Notes under the pieces: model-generated
Seen by the model: only the letters and a program-made list of their open reading frames with translations
Told to the model about the DNA's origin: nothing
Databases searched by the model: none
Part shown: one piece after another, positions 15,001-30,000 of the stretch
How positions within the stretch are numbered: the stretch's first letter is position 1
How the letters are laid out: every line of letters begins with the position of its first letter
Translations under genes and position numbers: made by a program
NCBI GenBank assembly: GCA_038087875.1
Contig: CM075985.1
Span: 25,110,001-25,174,000 of the forward strand
Origin: Malacoraja senta
Taxonomy: Eukaryota
Direction: 5' to 3'
DNA: 64,000 nt

Positions 15001-18000
15001 TAGAAAGAGTGACTTGACAAACATGGTGAAGTGGATATGAAAAGTAATGATTAATGTGCAGTCCTCAAATACAACATAGCAAGGTTAGGTACCATGGAGC
15101 AAACCATCAGTTGCACCTGTTCTTATAAATGTATTCTGACGTAATGATAGATAAATTAGGGGATGCATAGAGTACAGTGAACATGAGTGTCGCAATCTGT
15201 TCACAGATTTAACTTGATTTGTAAATGCAGAGTGCAACTTTCAAACAAGGATCGATGCTGAAATTTTTGCAATTTGCGATACATTTCTAAAAGTCTTGGA
15301 AGTACATGTAGATGGGTTGATTAGTAAGTTTGCAGATGACACCAAGATTGGTATAGTTCTGGAAGAGTTTGGAAGTCATGTAACAGATTTGTAGATCTTT
15401 GGTTAGGCCACATTTGAAGTATTCAATGCTCTAGCTTTCAATTATGTCATATAGGGAAATATCTTATCCACTTCTATATTATTCAAGCAGGTATACTGAA
15501 TGTGGAAAGAACAAAATCATGAATTTTATTGCATCCTGTAAATGACAATAATCTTGTACATTTCCACAGACTGCTGCTCTTCATGAAACTACGCTGGTGA
15601 ATGCATTCGTGTATTCATATACGTAACAATGCAATTTTTCTTGTATCATTTGAAGAAATCCATCACTTACCAGTTGTTGAATGATGAACAGACGGTGTGA
15701 TTGTTGTACTTCCTGTTGTAATTGTAATTTGGAAACAGAAAGAAAAATCATCAAATTGAAGACATTTTTGACTACGGCAAAGCAGTAAAATTGATCATCA
15801 TCCACTATTTGGTTATTTTAGAGACACTCAATGTTAGAGCAAAAATAAATTATTGTTTTTTAATATAACATGGTCTCCTTCAGGTGGATAAGTGGAAATG
15901 GCAACATTGGTACAAAAATCACTATTTAATCATGTGACGTTTTTCAAAACTTTTTTTACCTTACTAGACAAAATGGTGCTTGATTTTTTTGGCTATATCC
16001 TGAGGCAACTTGAAATGCAGATTTGAGTTGATGGATTTGAGTCAAATACTCTCATTGTTTGCTTCTGTAATTATTTGGTGAATCTATTGAAAAAAGAACT
16101 CACCACTTGTGGAACTGGTAGAGGGAGTTGTTGTTACTTTGGTTGTAGTTGGCTCTGCTGGAGAACAAGGGAAAGTATTAAAAAAATGCTGAATACCAGC
16201 TCCATTAGCAACTAATTAGAGAGAGTGATTTGACAAACATGGTGAAGTGGATACGAAAAGTAATGATTAATGTGCAGTCCTCAAATACAACATAGCAAGG
16301 TTAGGTACCATGGAGCAAACCATCAGTTGCACCTGTTCTTATAAATGTATTCTGACGTAATGATAGATAAATGAAAGGATGCATAGAGTACAGTGAACAT
16401 GGGTGTCGCAATCTGTACACAGATTTAACTTGATTTGTAAATGCAGAGTGCAACTTTCAAACAAGGATCGATGCTGAATTTTTTGCAATTTGCGATACAT
16501 TTCTAAAAGACTTGGAAGTAAGTGAAGATGGGTTGATTAGTAAGTTTGCAGATGACACCAAGATTGGTATAGTTCTGGAAGAGTTTGGAAGTCATGTAAC
16601 AGCTTTGTAGATCTTTGGTTAGGCCACATTTGAAGTATTGCGTGCAGTTTTGGTCTCAACACACAGGAAGCATTTGAAGGCTTTGGAGAGTGTAAAGAAC
16701 AGGTTGACCAGAATGCTGCCTAATGTAAGTTATTTGTTGTTCGGTTGGTAAAATTGGATTATTTTCTCGAGAAGATCGGAAGTTGAGGGAACACCTGATG
16801 GTAGTGTCTGGAAATATGAGACGCATAAATAGGGTAGAGTGTTATTTCCATGGTAGAAATGTCAAAGGCTAGAGGGCACAGCTTTAAGGTGAGTGGGGGA
16901 AAATGTAATGGAGATTACCGTATTAAGATTTTTAACAATTAAAAAAAAATGTTCGGCACAGATACTGTGGACCGAAGATATTGTGGATTGTGGTCCTGCG
17001 CTGTACTGTTGTATTTGACGATTTATAAAATGTCAGCCTAAGTGTACTACTTTCGCAAAAATTGCAACGTTGAAAATACTAAATAAGGATTGACATGTGC
17101 TTGCATTTCTAGTAAAACATGCATTTCTGATGTCATTTCAACAAATACTTCACTTACCAGATGTGGAACTGGGAGGAGGGGAATGTGTTGTTGATGCAGT
17201 TGTAACTGGGAAAACAAAAGTAAAAATTCAGCTGCTGCAGCTTTCTGATGTTGAGTACACTGATGATTAATAACGCCTTAATAGATGAAACTCCTTCTAT
17301 CTTGATCTGTAACAGGCAAACACTGATCCAAATCAATGCTCACTAGCTTTCAATTTATGTCATATAGGGAAATATCTTATCCACTTCTATATTATTCAAG
17401 CAGGTGTACTGAATGTGGAAAGAACAAAATCATGAATTTAATTGCATCCTGTAAATGACAATAATCTTGTACATTTCCACAGACTGCTGCTCTTGATGAC
17501 ACTGCGCTGGTGAATGCATTCGTGTATTCATATACGTAACAATGCAATTTTTCTTATATCATTTGAAGAAATCCATCACTTACCAGTTGTTGAATGATGA
17601 ACAGACGGAGTGATTGTTGTACTTCCTGTTGTAATTATAATTTGGAAACAGAAAGAAAAATAATCAAATTGAAGACATTTTTGACTACTGCAAAGTAGTC
17701 AAATTGATCATCATCCACTATTTGGTTATTTTATAGACACTCAAGGTTAGAGCAAAAATAAATTATTGCTTTTTAATATAACATGGTCTCCTTCAGGTGG
17801 ATGTGGAAATGTCAACATTGGTACAAAAATCACTATTTAATCATGTGACGTTTTTCAAAACTTTCTTTACCTTACTAGACAAAATGGTGCTTGATTTTTT
17901 TGGCTATTTTCCTGAGGCAACTTGAAATGCAGATTTGAGTTGATGGATTTGTGTCAAATAATCTCATTGTTTGCTTTTGTAATTATTTGGTGATTCTATT

Positions 18001-21000
18001 GAAAAAAGAACTCACCACTTGTGAAACTGGTAGAGGGAGTTGTTGTTACTTTGGTTGTACTTGGCTCTGCTGACGAACAAGGGAAAGTATTAAAAAATGC
18101 TGCACACCAGCTCCATTTGCAACTAATTAGAGAGAGTGACTTGACAAACATGGTGAAGTGGATACGACAAGTAATGATTAATGTGCAGTCCTCAAATACA
18201 ACATAGCAAGGTTAGGTACCATGGAGCAAACCATCAGTTGCACCTGTTCTTATAAATGGATTCTGACGTAATGATAGATAAATTAGGGGATGCATAGAGT
18301 ACAGTTAACATGGGTGTCGCAATCTGTACACAGATTTAACTTGATTTGTAAATGCAGAGTGCAACTTACAAACAAGGATCGATGCTGAATTTTTTGCAAT
18401 TTGCGATACATTTCTAATAGACTTGGAAGTAAGTGAAGATGGGTTGATTAGTAAGTTTGCAGATGACACCAAGATTGGTATAGTTCTGGAAGAGTTTGGA
18501 AGTCATGTAACAGCTTTGTAGATCTTTGGTTAGGCCACATTTGAAGTATTCAATGCTCTAGCTTTCAATTATGTCATATAGGGAAATATCTTATCCACTT
18601 CTATATTATTCAAGCAGGTGTACTGAATGTGGAAAGAACAAAATCATGAATTTTATTGCATCCTGTAAATGACAATAATCTTGTACATTTCCACAGACTG
18701 CTGCTCTTGATGAAACTACGCTGGTGAATGCATTCGTGTATTCATATACGTAACAATGCAATTTTTCTTATATCATTTGAAGAAATCCATCACTTACCAG
18801 TTGTTGAATGATGAACAGACGGAGTGATTGTTGTACTTCCTGTTGTAATTGTAATTTGGAAACAGAAAGAAAAATCATCAAATTGAAGACATTTTTGACT
18901 ACGGCAAAGCAGTAAAATTGATCATCATCCACTATTTGGTTATTTTAGAGACACTCAATGTTAGAGCAAAAATAAATTATTGTTTTTTAATATAACATGG
19001 TCTCCTTCAGGTGGATAAGTGGAAATGGCAACATTGGTACAAAAATCACTATTTAATCATGTGACGTTTTTCAAAACTTTTTTTACCTTACTAGACAAAA
19101 TGGTGCTTGATTTTTTTGGCTATATCCTGAGGCAACTTGAAATGCAGATTTGAGTTGATGGATTTGAGTCAAATACTCTCATTGTTTGCTTTTGTAATTA
19201 TTTGGTGAATCTATTGAAAAAAGAACTCACCACTTGTGGAACTGGTAGAGGGAGTTGTTGTTACTTTGGTTGTAGTTGGCTCTGCTGGAGAACAAGGGAA
19301 AGTATTAAAAAAAATGCTGAATACCAGCTCCATTAGCAACTCATTAAAGAGAGTGACTTGACAAACATGGTGAAGTGGATACGAAAAGTAATGATTAATG
19401 TGCAGTCCTCAAATACAACATAGCAAGGTTAGGTACCATGGAGCAAACCATCAGTTGCACCTGTTCTTATAAATGTATTCTGACGTAATGATAGATAAAT
19501 GAAGGGATGCATAGAGTACAGTGAACATGGGTGTCGCAATCTGTACACAGATTTAACTTGATTTGTAAATGCAGAGTGCAACTTTCAAACAAGGATCGAT
19601 GCTGAATTTTTTGCAATTTGCGATACATTTTTAAAAGACTTGGAAGTAAGTGAAGATGGGTTGATTAGTAAGTTTGAAGATGACACCAAGATTGGTATAG
19701 TTCTGGAAGAGTTTGGAAGTCATGTTACAGCTTTGTAGATCTTTGGTTAGGCCACATTTGAAGTATTGCGTGCAGTTTTGGTCTCAACACACAGGAAGCA
19801 TTTGAAGGCTTTGGAGAGTGTAATGAACAGGTTGACCAGAATGCTGCCTAATGTAAGTTATTTGTTGTTCGGTTGGTAAAATTGGATTATTTTCTCGAGA
19901 AGATCGGAAGTTGAGGGAACACCTGATGGTAGTGTCTGGAAATATGAGACGCATATATAGGGTAGAGTGTTATTTCCATGGTAGAAATGTCAAAGGCTAG
20001 AGGGCACAGCTTTAAGGTGAGTGGGGGAAAATGTAATGGAGATTACCGTATTAAGATTTTTAACAATTAAAAAAAAATGTTCGGCACAGATACTGTGGAC
20101 CGAAGATATTGTGGATTGTGGTCCTGCGCTGTACTGTTGTATTTGACGATTTATAAAATGTCAGCCTAAGAGTACTACTTTCGCAAAAATTGCAACGTTG
20201 AAAATACTAAATAAGGATTGACATGTGCTTGCATTTCTAGTAAAACATGCATTTCTGATGTCATTTGAACAAATACTTCACTTACCAGATGTGGAACTGG
20301 GAGGAGGGGAATGTGTTGTTGATGCAGTTGTAACTGGGAAAACAAAAGTAAAAATTCAGCTGCTGCAGCTTTCTGATGTTGAGTACACTGATGATTGATA
20401 ACGCCTTAATAGATGAAACTCCTTCTATCTTGATCTGTAACAGGCAAACACTGATCCAAATCAATGCTCACTAGCTTTCAATTTATGTCATATAGGGAAA
20501 TATCTTATCCACTTCTATATTATTCAAGCAGGTGTACTGAATGTGGAAAGAACAAAATCATGAATTTAATTGCATCCTGTAAATGACAATAATCTTGTAC
20601 ATTTCCACAGACTGCTGCTCTTGATGACACTGCGCTGGTGAATGCATTCGTGTATTCATATACGTAACAATGCAATTTTTCTTATATCATTTGAAGAAAT
20701 CCATCACTTACCAGTTGTTGAATGATGAACAGACGGAGTGATTGTTGTACTTCCTGTTGTAATTATAATTTGGAAACAGAAAGAAAAATAATCAAATTGA
20801 AGACATTTTTGACTACTGCAAAGTAGTCAAATTGATCATCATCCACTATTTGGTTATTTTATAGACACTCAAGGTTAGAGCAAAAATAAATTATTGCTTT
20901 TTAATATAACATGGTCTCCTTCAGGTGGATGTGGAAATGTCAACATTGGTACAAAAATCACTATTTAATCATGTGACGTTTTTTCAAAACTTTATTTACC

Positions 21001-24000
21001 TTACTAGACAAAATGGTGCTTGATTTTTTTGGCTATTTTCCTGAGGCAACTTGAAATGCAGATTTGAGTTGATGGAATTGTGTCAAATAATCTCATTGTT
21101 TGCTTTTGTAATTATTTGGTGATTCTATTGAAAAAAGAACTCACCACTTGTGAAACTGGTAGAGGGAGTTGTTGTTACTTTGGTTGTAGTTGGCTCTGCT
21201 GGAGAACAAGGGAAAGTATTAAAAAATGCTGCACATCAGCTCCATTTGCAGCTAATTAGAGAGGGTGACTTGACAAACATGGTGAAGTGGATGCGAAAAG
21301 TAATGATTAATGTGCAGTCCTCAAATACAACATAGCAAGGTTAGGTACCATGGAGCAAACCATCAGTTGCACCTGTTCTTATAAATGGATTCTGACGTAA
21401 TGATAGATAAATGAAGGGATGCATAGAGTACAGTGAACATGGGTGTCGCAATATGTACACAGATTTAACTTGATTTGTAAATGCAGAGTGCAACTTTCAA
21501 ACAAGGATCGATGCTGAATTTTTTGCTATTTGCGATACATTTCTAAAAGACTTGGAAGTAAATGAAGATGGGTTGATTAGTAAGTTTGAAGATGACACCA
21601 AGATTAGTGTAGTTCTGGAAGAGTTTGGAAGACATGTTACAGCTTTGTAGATCTTTGGTTAGGCCACATTTGAAGTATTGCGTGCAGTTTTGGTCTCAAC
21701 ACACAGGAAGCATTTGAAGGCTTTGGCGAGTGTAAAGAACAGGTTGACCAGAATGCTGCCTAATGTAAGATATTTGTTGTTAGGTTGCTGAAATTGGATT
21801 ATTTTCTCGAGAAGATCGGAAGTTGAGGGAACACCTGACGGTAGTGTCTGGAAATATGAGATGCATAAATAGGGTAGAGTGTTATTTCCAGGGTAGAAAT
21901 GTCAAAGGCTAGAGGGCACAGCTTTAAGGTGAGTGGGGGAAAATGTAATGGAGTTTACCGTATTAAGATTTTTAACATTTTTTTAAAAATGATCGGCACA
22001 GATACTGTGGACTGAAGATATTGTGGATTGTGGTCCTGCGCTGTACTGTTGTATTTGATGATTTATAAAATGTCAGCCGAAGAGTACTACTTTCACAAAA
22101 ATTGCAACGTTGAAAATACTAAATAACGATTGATATGTGCTTGCATTTCTAGTAAAACATGCATTTCTGGTCATTTGTACAACTACTTCACTTACCAGAT
22201 GTGGAACTGGGAGGAGGGTGATGTGTTGTTGATGCAGTTGTAACTGGGAAAACAAAAGTAAAAATTCAGCTGCTGCAGCTTTCTGATGTTGAGTACACTA
22301 ATGATTGATAACGCCTTAAGAGATGAAACTCCTTCTATCTCGATCTGTAACAGGCAAACTCTGATCCAAATCAATGCTCTAGCTTTCAATTATGTCATAT
22401 AGGGAAATATCTTATCCACTTCTATATTATTCAAGCAGGTGTACTGAATGTGGAAAGAACAAAATCATGCATTTTATTGCATCCTGTAAATCTTGTACAT
22501 TTCCACAAACTGCTGCTCTTGATGAAACTGCGCTGGTGAATGCATTCGTGTATTCATATACGTAACAATGCAATTTTTCTTATATCATTTGATGAAATCC
22601 ATCACTTACCAGTTGTTGAATGATGAACAGACGGAGTGATTGTTGTACTTCCTGTTGTAATTGTAATTTGGAAACAGAAAGAAAAATAATCAAATTGAAG
22701 ACATTTTTGACTACGGCAAAGCAGTAAAATTGATCATCATCCACTATTTGGTTATTTTAGAGACACTCAATGTTAGAGCAAAAATAAATTATTGTTTTTT
22801 AATATAACATGGTCTCCTTCAGGTGGATAAGTGGAAATGGCAATATTGGTACAAAAATCACTATTTAAGCATGTGACGTTTTTCAAAACTTTATTTACCT
22901 TACTAGACAAAATGGTGCTTGATTTTTTTGGCTATATCCTGAGGCAACTTGAAATGCAGATTTGAGTTGATGGATTTGAGTCAAATACTCTCATTGTTTG
23001 CTTTTGTAATTATTTGGTGAATCTATTGAAAAAAGAACTCACCACTTGTGGAACTGGTAGAGGGAGTTGTTGTTACTTTGGTTGTAGTTGGCTCTGCTGG
23101 AGAACAAGGGAAAGTATTTAAAAAATTGGATTATTTTCTCGAGAAGATCGGAAGTTGAGGGAACACCTGATGGTAGTGTCTGGAAATATGAGACGCATAA
23201 ATAGGGTAGAGTGTTATTTCCAGGGTAGAAATGTCAAAGGCTAGAGGGCACAGCTTTAAGGTGAGTGGGGGAAAATGTAATGGAGATTACCGTATTAAGA
23301 TTTTTAACAATTAAAAAAAAATGTTTGGCACAGATACTGTGGACTGAAGATATTGTGGATTGTGGTCCTGCGCTGTACTGTTGTATTTGACGATTTATAA
23401 AATGTCAGCCTAAGAGTACTAGTTTCGCAAAAATTGCAACGTTGAAAATACTAAATAAGGATTGACATGTGCTTGCATTTCTAGTAAAACATGCATTTCT
23501 GATGTCATTTGAACAAATACTTCACTTACCAGATGTGGAACTGGGAGGAGGGGAATGTGTTGTTGATGCAGTTGTAACTGGGAAAACAAAAGTAAAAATT
23601 CAGCTGCTGCAGCTTTCTGATGTTGAGTACACTGATGATTGATAATGCCTTAAGAAATGAAACTCCTTCTATCTTGATCTGTAACAGGCAAACACTGATC
23701 CAAATCAATGCTCACTAGCTTTCAATTTATGTCATATAGGGAAATATCTTATCCACTTCTATATTATTCAAGCAGGTGTACTGAATGTGGAAAGAACAAA
23801 ATCATGAATTTAATTGCATCCTGTAAATTACAATAATCTTGTACATTTCCACAGACTGCTGCTCTTGATGAAACTGCGCTGGTGAATGCATTCGTGTATT
23901 CATATACGTAACAATGCAATTTTTCTTATATCATTTGAAGAAATATATCACTTACCAGTTGTTGAATGATGAACAGACGGAGTGATTGTTGTACTTCCTG

Positions 24001-27000
24001 TTGTAATTATAATTTGGAAACAGAAAGAAAAATAATCAAATTGAAGACATTTTTGACTACTGCAAAGCAGTAAAATTGATCATCATCCACTATTTGGTTA
24101 TTTTAGAGACACTCAAGGTTAGAGCAAAAATAAATTATTGCTTTTTAATATAACATGGTCTCCTTCAGGTGGATAAGTGGAAATGTCAACATTGGTACAA
24201 AAATCACTATTTAATCATGTGATGTTTTTCAAAACTTTATTTACCTTACTAGACAAAATGGTGCTTGATTTTTTTGGCTATTTTCCTGAGGCAACTTGAA
24301 ATGCAGATTTGAGTTGATGGATTTGTGTCAAATAATCTCATTGTTTGCTTTTGTAATTATTTGGTGATTCTATTGAAAAAAGAACTCACCACTTGTGGAA
24401 CTGGTAGAGGGAGTTGTTGTTACTTTGGTTGTAGTTGGCTCTGCTGGAGAACAAGGGAAAGTATTAAAAAATGCTGCACATCAGCTCCATTTGCAGCTAA
24501 TTAGAGAGAGTGACTTGACAAACATGGTGAAGTGGTTACGAAAAGTAATGATTAATGTGCAGTCCTCAAATACAACATAGCAAGGTTAGGTACCATGGAG
24601 CAAACCATCAGTTGCACCTGTTCTTATAAATGGATTCTGACGTAATGATAGATAAATGAAGGGATGCATAGAGTACAGTGAACATGGGTGTCGCAATATG
24701 TACACAGATTTAACTTGATTTGTAAATGCAGAGTGCAACTTTCAAACAAGGATCGATGCTGAATTTTTTGCAATTTGCGATACATTTCTAAAAGACTTGG
24801 AAGTAAGTGAAGATGGGTTGATTAGTAAGTTTGAAGATGACACCAAGATTGGTGTAGTTCTGGAAGAGTTTGGAAGCCATGTTACAGCTTTGTAGATCTT
24901 TGGTTAGGCCACATTTGAAGTATTGCGTGCAGTTTTGGTCTCAACACACAGGAAGCATTTGAAGGCTTTGGAGAGTGTAAAGAACAGGTTGACCAGAATG
25001 TTGCCAAATGTAAGATATTTGTTGTTCGGTTGGTAAAATTGGATTATTTTCTCGAGAAGATCGGAAGTTGAGGGAACACCTGATGGTAGTGTCTGGAAAT
25101 ATGAGACGCATAAATAGGGTAGAGTGTTATTTCCATGGTAGAAATGTCAAAGGCTAGAGGGCACAGCTTTAAGGTGAGTGGGGGAAAATGTAATGGAGAT
25201 TACCGTATTAAGATTTTTAAAAATTAAAAAAAAATGTTTGGCACAGATACTGTGGACTGAAGATATTGTGGATTGTGGTCCTGCGCTGTACTGTTGTATT
25301 TGACAATTTATAAAATGTCAGCCTAAGAGTACTACTTTCGCAAAAATTGCAACGTTGAAAATACTAAATAAGGATTGACATGTGCTTGCATTTCTGGTAA
25401 AACATGCATTTCTGATGTCATTTGAACAAATACTTCACTTACCAGATGTGGAACTGGGAGGAGGGGAATGTGTTGTTGATGCAGTTGTAACTGGGAAAAC
25501 AAAAGTAAAAATCAGCTGCTGCAGCTTTCTGATGTTGAGTAGACTGATGATTGATAACGCCTTAATAGATGAAACTCCTTCTATCTTGATCTGTAACAGG
25601 CAAACACTGATCCAAATCAATGCTCACTAGCTTTCAATTATGTCATATAGGGAAATATCTTATCCACTTCTATATTATTCAAGCAGGTGTACTGAATGTG
25701 GAAAGAACAAAATCATGAATTTAATTGCATCCTGTAAATTACAATAATCTTGTACATTTCCACAGACTGCTGCTCTTGATGAAACTGCGCTGGTGAATGC
25801 ATTCGTGTATTCATATACGTAACAATGCAATTTTTCTTATATCATTTGAAGAAATCCATCACTTACCAGTTGTTGAATGATGAACAGACGGAGTGATTGT
25901 TGTAATTCCTGTTGTAATTGTAATTTGGAAACAGAAAGAAAAATAATCAAATTGAAGACATTTTTGACTACTGCAAAGCAGTAAAATTGATCATCATTCA
26001 CTATTTGGTTATTTTATAGACACTCAATGTTAGAGCAAAAATAAATTATTGCTTTTTAATATAACATGGTCTCCTTCAGGTGGATGTGGAAATGTCAACA
26101 TTAGTACAAAAATCACTATAAAATGACTATAAAAATCACTATTTAATCACTATAAAAAATCACTATTTAAAACCACTATTGAGGAAGGACATCCTTGTGA
26201 TTGAGTCAGTGCAGCGTAGGTTCACGAGATTGATCCCAGGGATGGCGGGGATGGCATATGAGGAAAGATTGAAAAAACTAGGCTTGTATTCACTGGAGTT
26301 TAGAAGGATGAGGGGGTTTCTTATAGCAACATATAAAATTATAAAAGGACTGGACAAGCTAGATGCAGGAAAATTGTTCCCAATGTTGGGCGAGTCCAGA
26401 ACCAGGAGCCACAGTCTTAGAATAAAGGGGAGGTCATTTAAGACTGAGGTGAGAAAAAACATTTTCACCCAGATAGTTGTGAATTTATGGAATTCCCTGA
26501 CACAGAGGGCAGTGGAGGCCAAATCACTGGATGGATTTAAGAGAGAGTTAGATAGAGCTCTAGGGTCTAGTGGAGTCAAGGGATATGGGGAGAAGACAGG
26601 CACGGGTTATTGATAGGGGACGATCAGCCATGATCATAATGAATGGCGGTGCTGTTTCGAAGGGCCGAATGGCCTCCTCCTGCACCTATTTTCTTTGTTT
26701 CTATGTTACAATGTTTCTATGTTAATCATGTGATGTTTTTCAAAACTTTATTTACCTTACTAGACAAAATGGCGCTTGATTTTTTTGGCTATATCCTGAG
26801 GCAACTTGAAATGCAGATTTGAGTTGATGGATTTGAGTCAAATACTCTAATTGTTTGCTTTTGTAATTATTTGGTGAATCTATTGAAAAAAGAACTCACC
26901 ACTTGTGGAACTGGTAGAGGGAGTTGTTGTTACTTTGGTTGTAGTTGGCTCTGCTGGAGAACAAGGGAAAGTATTTTAAAAAATGCTGAATATCAGCTCC

Positions 27001-30000
27001 ATTAGCAACTAGTTAGAGAGAGTGACTTGACAAACATGGTGAAGTGGATACGAAAAGTAATGATTAATGTGCAGTCCTCAAATGCAACATAGCAAGGTTA
27101 GGTACCATGGAGCAAACCATCAGTTGCACCTGTTCTTATAAATGTATTCTGACGTAATGATAGATAAATGAAGGGATGCATAGAGTACAGTGAAAATGGG
27201 TGTCACAATATGTACACAGATTTAACTTGATTTGTAAATGCAGAGTGCAACTTTCAAACAAGGATCGATGCTGAATTTTTTGCTATTTGCGATACATTTC
27301 TAAAAGACTTGGAAGTAAATGAAGATGGGTTGATTAGTAAGTTTGAAGATGACACCAAGATTAGTGTAGTTCTGGAAGAGTTTGGAAGACATGTTACAGC
27401 TTTGTAGATCTTTGGTTAGGCCACATTTGAAGTATTGCGTGCAGTTTTGGTCTCAACACACAGGAAGCATTTGAAGGCTTTGGAGAGTGTAAAGAACAGG
27501 TTGACCAGAATGCTGCCTAATGTAAGATATTTGTTGTTCGGTTGGTAAAATTGGATTATTTTCTCGAGAAGATCGGAAGTTGAGGGAACACCTGATGGTA
27601 GTGTCTGGAAATACGAGACGCATAAATAGGGTAGAGTGTTATTTCCAGGGTAGAAATGTCAAAGGCTAGAGGGCACAGATTTAAGGTGAGTGGGGGAAAA
27701 TGTAATGGAGTTTACCGTATTAAGATTTTTAACATTTAAAAAAAAATGTTCTGCACAGATACTGTAGACTGAAGATATTGTGGAGTGTGGTCCTGCGCTG
27801 TACTGTTGTATTTGACGATTTATAAAATGTCAGCCGAAGAGTACTACTTTCGCAAAAATTGCAACGTTGAAAATACTAAATAAGGATTAACATGGGCTTG
27901 CATTTCTAGTAAAACATGCATTTCTGGTCATTTGTAGAAATACTTCACTTACCAGATGTGGAACTGGGAGGAGGGTGATGTGTTGTTGATGCAGTTGTAA
28001 CTGGGAAGACAAAAGTAAAAATTCAGCTGCTGCAGCTTTCTGATGTTGAGTACACTGATGATTGATAACGCCTTAAGAGATGAAACTCCTTCTATCTCGA
28101 TCTGTAACAGGCAAACTCTGATCCAAATCAATGCTCTAGCTTTCAATTATGTCATATAGAGAAATATCTTATCCACTTCTATATTATTCAAGCAGGTGTA
28201 CTGAATGTGGAAAGAACAAAATCATGAATTTTATTGCAACCTGCAAATGACAATAATCTTGTACATTTCCACAGACTGCTGCTCTTGATGAAACTGCGCT
28301 GGTGAATGCTTTCGTGTATTCATATACGTAACAATGCAATTTTTCTTATATCATTTGAAGAAATCTATCACTTACCAGTTGTTGAATGATGAACAGATGG
28401 AGTCATTGTTGTACTTCCTGTTGTAATTGTAATTTGGAAACAGAAAGAAAAATAATCAAATTGAAGACATTTTTGACTACTGCAAAGCAGTAAAATTGAT
28501 CATCATCCACTATTTGGTTATTTTATAGGCACTCAATGTTAGAGCAAAAATAAATTATTGTTTTTTTAATATAACATGGTCTCCTTCAGGTGGATAAGTG
28601 GAAATGGCAACATTGGTACAAAAATCACTATTTAATCATGTGACGTTTTTCAAAACTTTATTTACCTTACTAGACAAAATGGTGCTTGATTTTTTGGCTA
28701 TATCCTGAGGCAACTTGAAATGCAGATTTGAGTTGATGGATTTGAGTCAAATACTCTCATTGTTTACTTTCGTAATTATTTGGTGAATCTATTGAAAAAA
28801 GAACTCACCACTTGTGGAACTGGTAGAGGGAGTTGTTGTTACTTTGGTTGTAGTTGGCTCTGCTGGAGAACAAGGGAAAGTATGAAAAAATGCTGCACAC
28901 CAGCTCTATTTGCAACTAATTAGAGAGAGTGACTTGACAAACATGGTGAAGTGGATACGAAAAGTAATGATTAATGTGCAGTCCTCAAATACAACATAGC
29001 AAGGTTAGGTACCATGGAGCAAACCATCAGTTGCACCTGTTCTTATAAATGTATTCTGACGTAATGATAGATAAATGAAGGGATGCATAGAGTACAGTGA
29101 ACATGGGTGTCACAATATGTACACAGATTTAACTTGATTTGTAAATGCAGAGTGCAACTTTCAAACAAGGATCGATGCTGAATTTTTTGCCATTTGCGAT
29201 ACATTTCTAAAAGACTTGGAAGTAAGTGAAGATGGGTTGATTGGTAAGTTTGAAGATGACACCAAGATTGGTGTAGTTCTGGAAGAGTTTGGAAGTCATG
29301 TTACAGCTTTGTAGATCTTCGGTTAGGCCACATTTGAAGTATTGCGTGCAGTTTTGGTCTCCGCACACTGGAAGCATTTGAAGGCTTTGGAGAGTGTAAA
29401 GAACAGGTTGACCAGAATGTTGCCTAATGTAAGATATTTGTTGTTCGGTTGGTAAAATTGGATTATTTTCTCGAGAAGATTGGAAGTTGAGGGAACACCT
29501 GATGGTAGTGTCTGGAAATATGAGACGCATACATATGGTAGAGTGTTATTTCCAGGGTAGAAATGTCAAAGGCTAGAGGGCACAGCTTTAAGGTGAGTGG
29601 CGGAAAATGTAATGGAGTTTACCGTATTAAGATTTTTAACATTTAAAAAAAAATGTTCGGCACAGATGCTGTGGACTGAAGATATTGTGGATTGTGGTCC
29701 TGCGCTGTACTGTTGTATTTGACGATTTATAAAATGTCAGCCGAAGAGTACTACTTTCGCAAAAATTGCAACGTTGAAAATACTAAATAAGGATTGACAT
29801 GTGCTTGCATTTCTAGTAAAACATGCATTTCTGGTCATTTGAACAATACTTCACTTACCAGATGTGGAACTGGGAGGAGGGTGATGTGTTGTTGATGCAG
29901 TTGTAACTGGGAAAACAAAAGTAAAAATTCAGCTGCTGCAGCTTTCTGATGTTGAGTACACTGATGATTGATAACGCCTTAATAGATGAAACTCCTTCTA

